A DNA stretch of 63,805 nt, counting the filler, from Lenisia limosa (taxonomy: Eukaryota; Protista; Breviatea), in assembly GCA_001655205.1 (NCBI GenBank). It is 15 parts of 15 records of this genome, joined end to end, with 100 filler letters (N's around TTAATTAATTAA, not from the genome) between each part and the next. Parts side by side here need not be neighbours in the genome. Positions count along the whole stretch, not along the records: positions 47,522 to 50,070 come from LPNZ01004350.1; positions 50,171 to 53,027 come from LPNZ01001979.1; positions 53,128 to 54,336 come from LPNZ01000379.1; positions 54,437 to 55,837 come from LPNZ01004161.1; positions 55,938 to 58,881 come from LPNZ01009949.1; positions 58,982 to 60,773 come from LPNZ01010762.1; positions 60,874 to 62,112 come from LPNZ01007096.1; 8 more parts are not named here. One strand, given 5' to 3'. This document shows, one piece after another, positions 49,346-61,947 of the stretch. A program made the position numbers and the translations under genes. The notes below the pieces were generated by a model that was not told the DNA's origin, made no database searches, and worked only from the letters and a program-made list of their open reading frames with translations. The stretch's first letter is position 1. Each line of letters opens with the position of its first letter.

Positions 49346-50754
49346 GTAGGGGGGGAGGGCAACAACTATATTATAACATATATTAATATTGATCATATAT
49401 CCTGGGGTGAGGGTGAGGGGTAACATGGAACAAAAAACATGGGGGTGAGTTTTCCCACGTGGTAAATATGGGGTGAGTAGATTTAGCCCAAAAACAATCC
49501 AATTTTCTAATTTTTTAGGATTTTTTTTTGGGCTGTTTGTTTCACAAGTTTTCCAATTTTACCCCCCCCCCCNNNNNNNNNNNNNNNNNNNNNNNNNNNN
49601 NNNNNNNNNNNNNNNNNNNNNNNNNNNNNNNNNNNNNNNNNNNNNNNNNNNNNNNNNNNNNNNNNNNNNNNNNNNNNNNNNNNNNNNNNNNNNNNNNNNN
49701 NNNNNNNNNNNNAAATGTCATGGCGGGGTGCAGTTATGTTTTGTTTTTTGGCTTTATGTTTCGTTTTATTAGGTAGGTGTTATTTATGTTGTATCATATT
49801 GAACTGGAGGCTATTTTCCTCCTTGCTTTCTCTCTCCCCCCTCCCCAACCCCTCAAAAAAAAACTACCAGTGTTACTTTTCTCAACCATTTACAAACAGG
49901 AGTCTTGGTTTCATTCAGAAGACTTATCCATAAGGAATTAAATAGGGAAATTGGGGAACGGTCAAGGCACTATCCAATGATACTGTTTTCTTGGTCGTTC
50001 CTTTTTTGGATCAGAGCCTGGGGGGGGGGGTAAAATGGAAAATTTATGAAACAAAAAAGCCCAAATTAACNNNNNNNNNNNNNNNNNNNNNNNNNNNNNN
50101 NNNNNNNNNNNNNNTTAATTAATTAANNNNNNNNNNNNNNNNNNNNNNNNNNNNNNNNNNNNNNNNNNNNAAAAAAAAAAAAAAAAAAAAAAAGGCGGAG
50201 CATCGCAAAATAGGGCATTCCAATTTTGGAGTAAGAAGCTCACGTCCCTCAACCTTGTCAAAACAAGCCAAAAAAAGGTCAAAGTAACGCCATGTCTAAA
50301 AAATGGACAATAACCCCTCCAAAAACTCGATCTTGATCCTCCAATGGGAAAGGCCCGATAATAGAGAAATAACGGCTTGTGAAGAAATGAGAAATAGACG
50401 GCAATCGAGATCAGTGTATGGCTTTCCCTTGGTTCCAAGACTAATGTGACAGAAAACAAGGCNNNNNNNNNNNNNNNNNNNNNNNNNNNNNNNNNNNNNN
50501 NNNNNNNNNNNNNNNNNNNNNNNNNNNNNNNNNNNNNNNNNNNNNNNNNNNNNNNNNNNNNNNNNNNNNNNNNNNNNNNNNNNNNNNNNNNAATCGACCG
50601 TTAAATTGAAGAAACAAAGAAACACCGCCGGAGGAGGGAAATCAACTCAAGCACAACATGACTAATCATTGAATTATCATTGAAGATTGGAGAGTAGGGT
50701 CCTGAATCGGCAAAAAACAGCAGTCTAACAACGTTGTTTTATCCGTCAGCTTAC

Positions 50755-51116
50755 CACAAAAGCATCTCCAGAGGAGTTATGAACAAGACGAATACCATCC
50801 TCAGCAATTTCAAGATCTGCAGGATATGAGAGCGTATTTTTAACTTTGCTGTCAGTGATAGGCACAAAAGCTATAAAAGTGGCTGATATGCTCAAGCCAA
50901 CCCTGGAAGAAGGCATGGACGTTTTCACAAGTAGCATCAAAGGGAAGTCCGCGAAGTTGGACCACAAGCCTCTCTTGGCGAGGAAACGTTCTACAATATT
51001 CAGCCCAACAGGTCCCCTTAAAACAATGTCTTAAGATCTCGGGCTGGAAACTGAAAACCGTCCTACCTGTTGTCAACTTCACCGTTTTGGCCACCTTGGG
51101 GCACTTGATCCATCAT
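50755..51116 (-). CDS. hnRNP F/H / GRSF1 / ESRP-type quasi-RRM RNA-binding protein (N-terminal part)
   Basis: MMDQVPQGGQNGEVDNR / RLVVQLRGLPFDATCENVHAFFQ / DLEIAEDGIRLVHNSSGDAFV matches the qRRM pattern VVRLRGLPF...FF.GL.I...GI.......GEAFV. Confidence 0.72.
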
Positions 51117-51432
51117 ATCAGAGGCAAACATCGAGCTAGGAGCCCTATTCAAAGAGAGTGAAAAAGCTAGCAGATGCAGATAGGCACCTTTGTTGTGAAA
51201 GTATGTTTATTTGTTAAAGAATGAAAACCCGGAAGAAGAACGGAGAAAAAAAACGAAAAAAGAAAAAAAAAACGGTCAAATAGCAAATTCCACCAACTAT
51301 TACCCCCAGGCTGTCCCCAGGTTCCATTATTTTTATTTAATATTTTGATCTATGATCGGAATTCATCCGAGCCCTGACAACATTTCAGCCAACTCCCCGT
51401 CATTGTCATAGACACGCCGAAGATTCGTTACT

Positions 51433-53027
51433 ATGGCACTTTTTAGTACAACTCCAATTCCTACTGATGAAAGTGGTAAGTTAAGCTTAGTCCGCTCTTT
51501 ATGCTCATGGCATAAGATTTATTTTTGCCGGTAACCCCGCAACTAACCTGCATCCACCTTTATTTTTATCTTAAAAACGACATGAATATATTTCGAGGGA
51601 GCACTTGTCCATTTTCTTCCCCCCTCTCGTTTTCACTGAGCCGCAGGACTTTTCCAGAACGAATGGAGTCCTGCAATGCGGTTCATCAGCCCTGCCCAGC
51701 TGTCTGATGTTGTCACGTGAGCTGTTTTGGATGTTTCATTTTGTTTTTGGTTCTTATGATTGCTGAATCAGTCTCACCGAAGGTCCCGGATCGACTTCCA
51801 GTTACCCCGGCAATGACGTTTTTTCAAGGGTTGATCTGTCATCATTCTTCGATTCTTCCTTTCTCTCCATTTTCAGTAAAATGATGCAAGGTTGCTTGTA
51901 AAAGCAACTACAACCCTAAATCAGGGGTTTTATCGTTTTTTGGAGCTCCACCCGCTCCTTGGAACGTGTCACATTCCTGGCATTGTTTCGTGTCCTCCCC
52001 TTGCTCTCGCTGCTTTACTGAATTATGACTTCACACACAGCAGGGCATTTATTTCCAATAAGGTTTCGGCCAATTTAATTAAAGTCACATTCTTCGGGGA
52101 ATTGTTTCAATTCCTCAAAATATTCAATTTTCAAACCATGGCATTTTTGCAGTCTTTCAGGATTTTTCGTAATCTTGCTTGTCTTACCACCATAGTCGGG
52201 CAAATGAAATTATTGAGCCCTTCATCAAGCAAAAAAAGTGAGATGGGTTTGAGTTCCTTCCATTTGTTTATTTGATTATATTTGTTATTGAGTTCCTTTC
52301 ATTTGTTTATTTGAAATATATTTGGTCTGAATCCGTTTCCATTTCACACTCCAACCACTAAAGCCTGTGTCACCCCCCTCCTGATATTTACATTTGTATC
52401 ACGCACACTATTAACAAAACAGTGGAATGATGGTTGCCATGATAATGGTCATGGTCTTTGGCATTATGGCGATGTCAGTTGGCCCAATGTGTTTGTGGGG
52501 TGAAGGGCGGGCTAAACCACCAAGGGGTGAGTTATCTAGGATAGTTAGCAACCAAAAGCCCTCTAAATGAGTTTCATTTATTTATAATTTCGTAATCAGT
52601 GTGTTCGAATACTGAAATCAAGACTTCACTATTTGATCGAAAATGGAAGAAGTGTTTTTTAAATTATTTTGTCCTGTTTGACAATTGAAAATTGAAAATC
52701 CTGTGTACAACCGTCTAGAGCAAAAAAAATCTACGGAATAAGTGGAATGGGATACCTTTAAGATTGTCTGTCTCTGGCTTTTCCCCCTTTTCTACGTTAT
52801 TTTGGTATCAAATTTGAATTGCCGCCCTGACCTATTTAGTGTTCAACATGACATTGCCTATGTTCCTTGGCGGGATGTTTGCGATGTTTGTAATCGTTTA
52901 TGCCGTTTGTATGGGGGGGGGGGAGGTGCGACTGTTTAGCGAACATAGTATATTTTGTTTTTGTTTCATATCATATATTTATTACATACATTTACCCCCC
53001 CCCCTAGTACGTTGGTTGCCCGTGTTT
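51433..53027 (+). CDS. Unknown membrane protein fragment
   Basis: MALFSTTPIPTDES / AAGLFQNEWSPAMRF...; hydrophobic MVAMIMVMVFGIMAMSV and FNMTLPMFLGGMFAMFVIVYAV / LRWLPVF. Confidence 0.4.
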
Positions 53028-53900
53028 NNNNNNNNNNNNNNNNNNNNNNNNNNNNNNNNNNNNNNNNNNNNTTAATTAATTAANNNNNNNNNNNNNNNNN
53101 NNNNNNNNNNNNNNNNNNNNNNNNNNNGGGGGTGATTATATAAGGGGGTGGTGGTGGGTGGTCTCACGAAATGCCCATTTCTGAACCCATCAACTTGCTA
53201 TTTATCAGCCCTTTAGTATGACTGACTAATTCTTTAGGCCCCGGTGAAAAAGGAAAAGAAGGAAGGGGCTAAGGTTTGTTGTGCTTGGATAATGATCGGA
53301 AAATTAGTATTATTATTATGCTTTTATCTGATATCGCCTAGAATCGTAATAATGCTGTCGGCTTCGGCCAGAAACAACCTTGTTTTATTTCCCATCACTG
53401 ACTGCGATAAGTCCTGACACGGATATTGAGCTTTATCTTTAGTAAATCGTGTCAGGACTTATCATGATCACTGTATTGTAATTCTCATCTCCACATTATA
53501 TATTTTATTTCTTACCCGATCAAGCGCCCGATTTCGAACCGCAAAAAGAACGAGGAAATTGAAATTGACTGGTGGGGCTGATACGGGCGGGATGATAACT
53601 AATACGTCTTGACCTATTTTCCTTTGGAAATCATATTGCAAATCTATCAAGACTCATCCGGCTCACTGTGCATATGATGTATTGTGTATCCTATATAGTG
53701 ATACTCTGATACACTCGCGATGAACCCTCGTGTATCTTCATTCATCATTTCAACTTGAAAGTCGGTCAGATGATTATCTCATAAGTGGATACGAGTATCA
53801 CTGTGTGGAAAATGATAGTTCACCCGTGTGTAAAATGTAAATGATCCAAAAAGTGATATGTATGATATTTTCACAAATTGGATATGATGTCTTCATTTTA

Positions 53901-53976
53901 TACAGTGACTGGGATAAGTCTTGACCGATTTGCTGATTCCCCAAGGAAAATCCGTCAAGACTTATCCCAGTCACTG
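53901..53976. mobile_element. MITE family C
   Basis: TACAGTGACTGGGATAAGTCTTGAC...GTCAAGACTTATCCCAGTCACTG. Other copies at ~43440, 47670, 49012, 53397, 53605, 58085, 61498, 62820. Confidence 0.88.
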
Positions 53977-56259
53977 GTTGTCCCATTTCATATTTATGTT
54001 GTCCCAGATCCTCACAATTCCGCAGGTGTGGCATGGATATCGAAGCAGAACCGCCGGTTGTGGCTGCCGCTCCTCCCCCACTGCCTCCTGATGAGGATGA
54101 TGACGATGGTGAGAGGGAGAGGGTAATAATGGTGAAAATTGAATCGCCAGGAAAATCACTCGCACTCGCTTGAAAATGCTTTTTCCTATTAGACTCTAAC
54201 AAAGGAAGACAACCACAAGCAAAGAAACGAGGGGGAATTGGAATGGAAAACACTCGTTCGCTTCGCAAACCTCCCAGGAAAAAAAATTCGGGGTTTTCTG
54301 AGAGGAAAATGCCGAAGACGGTGGAGGATGATGCAANNNNNNNNNNNNNNNNNNNNNNNNNNNNNNNNNNNNNNNNNNNNTTAATTAATTAANNNNNNNN
54401 NNNNNNNNNNNNNNNNNNNNNNNNNNNNNNNNNNNNATGTATGTGTATGTCTCTCTCTGTGTGTGTGTGTCTCAGTTGCCTGGGTCGGGGAGGGGAGCTG
54501 TGCAGAGGAGTTTGGTGTTGATTACTTCCGTGACTAATCACTTTCAGGGGCTCAGTATGATCTTTGCTACTCGCCGTCTCTCCATTATGACCAATATGTG
54601 AGTGGTGAGGGTACTCTCTTGAGGGCGAAATACTAATTCTCTCATCAAAAATGTTGGCGGTAACCGGGATAACGAAGAGAAAAATGATGAAAAAACGTAT
54701 CATATAAGCATTGGGGATAGATGAAACGCCAGGCATCTGAACGGAAGCGGAAGTGAATTGACAGGAAGAATAAAAAGCACGCATGCCAATTATGGAGCTT
54801 TAGTGAATAAATTGATATATCATTGAGCCTTCCATTCAAGGAGGTAAAATAAAACACAAAACCAGCATATCTGTCAGTTAAAGATAATTCAACACCCGGT
54901 AAAACTAATAGATAACTACTTCTTTTTTTGTTTTTTGTTTTTTTTCCCATCATCCTCATATTTTGGAGTATTTCCATTGTCATTTCACGAAGAGCAGTCC
55001 CTCCGCACGCTGAAGGGCTTAGGTTTTTCAATGACCCTTTCGCCAAACATAAGACCTTAGAATTAGTGAAGCGTCATATAAAGTGCCAAGGGGGAAAGTC
55101 GGTTTAATAGTTTTGATACTCCTGAAATAATAGCATCTCCCTCACTAGTGCCCATGGGCAAAGATGGCTTCTAACTTTTTTTGAGTTTCTTCAGAGTTCT
55201 GTTTTGCTGATTTTAACTTTCAAATTTTATCTTCAAGTGTTTTTCTTGATTTTTCAACCTTTTCGACAAGCTCTGTGGTATTAATAAGACCTGCTCTTAG
55301 AATTTCTCCTCTTCGATAAGCTCCCAAAAAAGATTCCATAACTAGAGGTTTTATTTCGAGTTACTAATAAAATGTCGCTCACTGAAGAATGCGTCCGTAT
55401 CGAAAATTATTCCAAGCCTAAGACCCCTGTACAGTTTCATATCCCGGAAATCGGCACCTATTGGCAGAGGCAGTGGGAATACAACAAAAATGGAAGGGGT
55501 GATATGAATCCCAATTGTTACACCTGGTCCGAAACAGTCAATGAAACGAGGCCACCTTCTTTTCCCTTCCATTGACGCCGTTCACTACAAACCAAAAATA
55601 AAGCCTGTTTTTCTCTGTCTTCATCAAAACATGTCCCATTTTTTTCTGTTAACTCGACCAATAATTCTAATATTTAGGCAATACAAATGTCATATTTATC
55701 AAAATGACGCAGAAACTGTCACATTTGCAATCATAGTCATGTTATTAATCCTGTTTTAGTCGTAACAATTATAAGGCAATAAATCTCATATTTCAGACAC
55801 GATATGGTCAAGCTGCTACTGCTGATGGTCATCTTCCNNNNNNNNNNNNNNNNNNNNNNNNNNNNNNNNNNNNNNNNNNNNTTAATTAATTAANNNNNNN
55901 NNNNNNNNNNNNNNNNNNNNNNNNNNNNNNNNNNNNNTTTTTTTGGGGGGTTTTAACTTCTTTTGGTGCGGCAAAACATACAATAAAAGTGAATACTATA
56001 TCATACATTTAAAGAAAACAAAGAAAGAACCACTTCACAAACTAAAAATCACTTTCACAAAATACAGAAGCACTTTGACGTTCTCGGCAGCCTGTCATCC
56101 CTTCTTGCAGTAAAGTGTCTATCCGAGGTGGNNNNNNNNNNNNNNNNNNNNNNNNNNNNNNNNNNNNNNNNNNNNNNNNNNNNNNNNNNNNNNNNNNNNN
56201 NNNNNNNNNNNNNNNNNNNNNNNATCCTTATAGGCATGATCAATATCACTTACATTTAT

Positions 56260-56352
56260 GGCTTCACTTTGGTTCGAAAAAACTCGGATAAATATCAATA
56301 GCTTTCGAGGATTTATCTAGAAACTCAGTCTTTTTTCGAACCGAAGTGAATC
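56260..56352. mobile_element. MITE family A
   Basis: GGCTTCACTTTGGTTCGAAAAAAC...TTTTTCGAACCGAAGTGAATCCC. Confidence 0.8.
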
Positions 56353-56968
56353 CCTGCTTATATCGCATGATGATGTAGATGGCTTTGTTGGTAATATCCT
56401 TATTGGCACTTACATTAGATGGCATTGTGTAGTCTGATTCAGCTTGATACTTAAATCCATTATCTCGCATCAGCATGATGGTGTTGACGGCTTGCTTCGG
56501 CTTGATACTGCAATCAATTTCACTTCAAAGCTCATATTTCCCCGTTTTTTTCTCATTGTCCCATAACCGTCACCATCATCATCATCACCACCATCATCAC
56601 CGTTATTACCGCCATCACCATCACCATTATCATCATCATCATTAACATCATCATCATCATCATCATTACTTCCACCATCATCAACATCATCATCACCACC
56701 CAGGATTCAATGTTTACGCAAAAGACAAAGTTCAGCGAAAGGGTCGTCGTACTTTCCTCCGTAATTCAGGTCTGGGAGTGACCTGGGATTCTTATGAACA
56801 CTACGGTGCATTGACTTGGGATTACTATGAGATTCTTTTAATATATGTAGTTGGGATTATGATTAGTCTGCTCTATTTGCTTATGATTTGCTCAGATGGC
56901 TAATTTCTCCTATGTCCTGAAGCCCACCAAAATGGCACTCAGATGGTTGGGGGGGGGTAATACCGTGT

Positions 56969-57063
56969 GTACGATTAGATTTATTGGGTAATGCAGTATG
57001 TACGATTAGATTTATTGGGTAATGCAGTATGTACGATTAGATTTATTGGGTAATGCAGTATGT
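56969..57063. repeat. Tandem repeat, 3 x 31 bp
   Basis: GTACGATTAGATTTATTGGGTAATGCAGTAT x3. Confidence 0.95.
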
Positions 57064-58412
57064 GTAACAGGGTTGATTGTGGAGTTTTGTTTGTTTACTA
57101 AATTGTCCAATTTTACTCCACCCCCCATCTCCATCAACATCCCCAATAGTCACCCCCGTTAGGCTGCAATCGAATCCGTGAAATCTTTAATGTAAAACTC
57201 CTGTTGCCCCTCTCCTAAGGCTTCTCTTCGGTTCGAAAAAAGACTGAATTTCTCGATAAATCCTCGAAAACTATCGATGTTTTACTGGGTTTTTTCGANN
57301 NNNNNNNNNNNNNNNNNNNNNNNNNNNNNNNNNNNNNNNNNNNNNNNNNNNNNNNNNNNNNNNNNNNNNNNNNNNNNNNNNNNNNNNNNNNNNNNNNNNN
57401 NNNNNNNNNNNNNNNNNNNNNNNNNNNNNNNNNNNNNNNNNNNNNNNNNNNNNNNNNNNNNNNNNNNNNNNNNNNNNNNNNNNNNNNNNNNNNNNNNNNN
57501 NNNNNNNNNNNNNNNNNNNNNNNNNNNNNNNNNNNNNNCGCGAGTTACAGCATTCCGTCAAAGTTTCGTATAACATGGTGGGTCAACTCGTAAGTGTCTT
57601 ATAACATGGTGTGTCTTAAAATAGGTGGCTGGAAAATTTATGAGACAATCAAAGCCCAAATCAACTCTGTTGGTTGACAAAACACAAGGGTTGAAAACAA
57701 CAAAACAAACAAAGCCCAGACCATTCGCTTATGTAGCACCCTATCCTATCACGCAAGCAAACGGATTTAATCTATACATGGGGGGTACAATTTATTCAAT
57801 ACGGTTGTATTTTTCATATATTATTCTAATTACCCTCTCTCCCCCCCTCTTCCTGATATTTTTAGAATCGTGAGGATTCGGACACCGACTTGGCAATCGA
57901 GGAACTTCTTTCCTGCATCTGCATGCCTGTTATGGTATTTATGGTTATGTTGGAGGAGATAAACTTGTATGATACGCTAGAGAAGATATACTTGCCTGTT
58001 ATGGTACGTTGAAGGAAGATTTATCCAAGATTTATTGATATTTATCAATGGGGCATAAACTCAGAATCGACAATAGTTCCATAATCCACTCAGAATCGAC
58101 AGTAACATCGATAAGTCTTGGCACGATTGAAAAAGAATAAGTTCAATATCCGTGTCAAAACTTATCGCGGTTAGTGTAAATCCTAAAATTACATACATAA
58201 TATATAAATTACGAAACATATCATCATTGTCTAGGGGATTTATTCGCATTCTGTCACCCATTTCAGCTGAGTACTGAGCTCCTCTTCCGGACCACCACGT
58301 ACGTGGAAATTCTCCAAAGTAACCGTCTCACCATTTTCGAGTAAGTCTTCCTATTGCAAGTGTTGTGATTGTATCCCGACTGCGAGTGACGTGGTATTGT
58401 TTTTTTGTAAAC

Positions 58413-58503
58413 ACGCAGAAAGCTTTGTGCACAGATTTATAACGTAAATGAAGGGACGAATTAATATTATACCATAATCCAATATCTCTGATAAGCGTGA
58501 CGG
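58413..58503 (+). mobile_element. Family B, 5' part running into a gap
   Basis: ACGCAGAAAGCTTTGTGCACAGA...ATAAGCGTGA. Other fragments at ~16895, 25455, 29335, 30215, 32845, 40893, 42455, 46735, 48695, 53325, 56460, 58865, 61455, 61978. Confidence 0.75.
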
Positions 58504-58989
58504 NNNNNNNNNNNNNNNNNNNNNNNNNNNNNNNNNNNNNNNNNNNNNNNNNNNNNNNNNNNNNNNNNNNNNNNNNNNNNNNNNNNNNNNNNNNNNNNNN
58601 NNNTTTTGGACCCAAGGGAAGCACAAGTTATAACCCGACAGGGGACATGCAATCTCAAAACGGTTCGACAAATCAGTCTCGTCATCCCACTCCCCAAAAC
58701 CCCAACCACCGCCCAAGGAAGATTCCCAGCAAAATGACTCGGCAAATTGGCAGTGGGCACAAACGTCACCAATCATGAGCGGTTTGATGGTCGACCTACC
58801 TGGGTTATTATAGAGTCTATTGTCCTTATTCATTAATCTAATCCTTGTAGGTATGCTGGGGAGGCACGCAGAAAGCTGTGTNNNNNNNNNNNNNNNNNNN
58901 NNNNNNNNNNNNNNNNNNNNNNNNNTTAATTAATTAANNNNNNNNNNNNNNNNNNNNNNNNNNNNNNNNNNNNNNNNNNNNAATAGGGG

Positions 58990-59159
58990 GAGTGATGGGT
59001 GCGGTGCTGCAGAAGCAACTGGCCTGGGCTTTGTTTGTTTGCTGTTCTCAACCCTAGTGTGTTGTCAGCCAACAGAGTTGATTTTTTTTTTGGATAGTTA
59101 TGTTTCTGTTTATTTTCCAATTTTAATCCTCCCATCCCCCTTCCTGTCTAACAAACTAG
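58990..59159 (+). mobile_element. Family D element (intron 3'-end, introner-like), most complete copy
   Basis: GAGTGATGGGTGCGGTGCTGCAGAAGCAACTGGCCTGGGCTTTG...CAACCCTAGTGTGTTGTCAGCCAACAGAGTTGATTT...TTTTCCAATTTTAATCCTCCC...TAG acceptor. Confidence 0.7.
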
Positions 59160-60139
59160 GTTCCTTGTTACTCTTCTACTTCATTCTTCCGGGCGCTCTG
59201 ATCTGGCTCTTCGTCACCATNNNNNNNNNNNNNNNNNNNNNNNNNNNNNNNNNNNNNNNNNNNNNNNNNNNNNNNNNNNNNNNNNNNNNNNNNNNNNNNN
59301 NNNNNNNNNNNNNNNNNNNNNNNNNNNNNNNNNNNNNNNNNNNNNNNNNNNNNNNNNNNNNNNNNNNNNNNNNNNNNNNNNNNNNNNNNNNNNNNNNNNN
59401 NNNNNNNNNNNNNNNNNNNNNNNNTAACCACGAACCGACTAATCTGGGTTATCACAAACAAATGTTTGATGCAGGGTGGTGAGGGATTTCGTATCTTTAA
59501 TGAACGCAATTTTCCTGCTGAGCTGACATTTAGCTTGGCTCATGGGGGCCTTTATATCGTTGGATTGTTGTTTTTTATATATTATGTATTTTATTTTTTT
59601 TCCCCTGTTCACAAAGGTTGACGTTTTAGCCTGGCTCCTGGCGTCGATGGGCCTCATCATTGTCTCGGTCATTGTCCTTGTCATGTTTGAGAAGTTCCTG
59701 TGTCAGAACCTATCGAGCAGCATGGACGGCCAGCTGTTCTTCTTTATCCTCATTCTGTTTTTGGTATGATGGGATTGGTGAAAAATGGTTCTTCTTTGTT
59801 TTGGAATGGGATGTCTTTTTTATACTCATTTTGTTCATGATTTCTTCCTGTTGACTTTCTCAAATTTCTCCCTATCTCTTGAGGTGTTTTTGTTTAATTT
59901 TCTGTACCCGCGATATTCGGTTCGTGACTTGTCTTGTAATGTCTTTTTCATCAAATTTTCCTTCATACCCCCCTCCAGCTTCAAGCTCTCATCAAGTTCT
60001 TCAACTTCCTCAAGGAAGACGAGATTGACGACGAGGAGCTTGTGGGGCCCCCTATCTGTTGTTAGTTCTTTCTCGTTCTGCTGTGTGTTAGTAGCTATGT
60101 AACTCCTCTTGTATTTCCAGCAACGGCGAACCGACTTGG
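59160..60139 (+). CDS. Unknown multi-pass membrane protein fragment
   Basis: GSLLLFYFILPGALIWLFVT; VDVLAWLLASMGLIIVSVIVLVMFEKFLCQNLSSSMDGQLFFFILILF; LQALIKFFNFLKEDEIDDEEL. Confidence 0.5.
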
Positions 60140-60923
60140 GTTTGTTTATGCTCTGGAACCCCAAATCAACTTTTTCATAAGAATCTCAAAGGTTAAATAG
60201 GGTTTACCCGACAGAGTGATTGACAAGGAATTGGTCATTCTCAGCTATCCTGGCATAATGTTTTTCTGATGGGAAGTTCAAAATGAGCTTTAAAACAATC
60301 CGTCAAACTTTCTAGTACCATGATTCATAAAACATGCAAGAAAACAAGAAAATATCGAAACACCCAAAACCCCTTAATACCCCAATAATACAAGAAAGAA
60401 AGAAACCAAGAAAGACGCTAAAGCAAACGGAGACCCCTCCTTTTCTTCCTCGTAACCTGAAGTGGTGAAATTGGTTACAGGAAAGGCACATTTGCATATG
60501 CATATATGTATACCGATATGTATAATATTTGAACACTCAGATAAAAGTGAAAGGCAGTACAAAAAGACTACGCGCACCTTAAATTCAGGCACAACGATGT
60601 TGCACTGTTTAATGAACGAAAAGAACATGTAAAGGACAATCGAGATAAGCGTCGGAGCAACTGACCAGATTGTGCCCTGGAATGTGAAGAGGTATGAATA
60701 AACACATCCTCCCTTTCTGAAATGTGAGAAGACATACTGGATTACGACCCTTGATATACCCCCCCCCCCTATTNNNNNNNNNNNNNNNNNNNNNNNNNNN
60801 NNNNNNNNNNNNNNNNNTTAATTAATTAANNNNNNNNNNNNNNNNNNNNNNNNNNNNNNNNNNNNNNNNNNNNAATAATCTCCTGAAAATTTTTGTTTTT
60901 TCGTGGCAGACACGCCGCCGCAC

Positions 60924-61947
60924 CTGTTCAGCGCCACACTTCTGCATGCCCTCGTTAATCTCCTTGGCGCAGACGTTAAACCATTCGTACGTGTTATTGC
61001 CTAGGCCGAAGACTGAACGATTTTAATGATCTCAAGATCCATCTCGTAAACTTTGTAGTATTATAAAGGCTGGTGATCTATGATCGTTGCTAATGACTTT
61101 GGCCCCGAAGACTGCATGATGATAACGATCTCAAGATCACTTATGGTACCATATCATACTATATCATATGGCGTTACATCAACGTGGGAAATAATGTTGC
61201 AATGAGAACTATACCATACCAGATGAAAGAATCACTTCTCCTCGAAATATTGCGAAATATTTTGGACTTTTTCATAAACCTATTTCAATAGCCCCCCCCC
61301 CCNNNNNNNNNNNNNNNNNNNNNNNNNNNNNNNNNNNNNNNNNNNNNNNNNNNNNNNNNNNNNNNNNNNNNNNNNNNNNNNNNNNNNNNNGGGTGTCCTC
61401 GTCTTTTAGCTGAAATGGTGAGAAACTCGGAATCCTAATAATTTTGAAATTGTATTGAAAGAGTTATGTCAGGCTGAAGCTGTCCACACCACTAGGTACT
61501 CTGACCAAGATAAGTCCTGACACGATTTACTAAAGATAACGTGTCAGGCTATCACGGTTACTGAATTTGGTACAGCGACTACTGATCAGTAAACATTTAG
61601 TGCTATAATATATCCTATAATTAGGGCTTCACTACGGTTCGAAAAAAGACAAAATGTCTCGATAAATCCCCGAAAACTATCGACATTTTACTGGTATTTT
61701 TCGAACTATCTATTAGGATAATAGTCCGAAAGAGACTTCTAAAATCTCGATATTAATCGAAGGTTTATCGACAGTTTATTATCAAGGGTTTATCGAGAGG
61801 TCATCCAAATATTTCATATTATTGAAAAATAATTACATATCCGACCCACCCAATCAACGAATTCTCTAGCCGAATCGGGGGGGTCACCTTCTCCATAAGT
61901 GGCCACAATAACGACCAAAAGTCCAAGGTCGTCGGGATCGTCGACAC
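60924..61947 (-). CDS. NADPH-cytochrome P450 reductase-like (diflavin reductase) FMN/flavodoxin domain fragment
   Basis: Exon 61859-61947 GVDDPDDLGLLVVIVATYGEGDPPDSAREF and exon 60924-61012 VFGLGNNTYEWFNVCAKEINEGMQKCGAEQ are the canonical ATYGEGDP and FGLGN.TYE.FN motifs. Confidence 0.88.
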
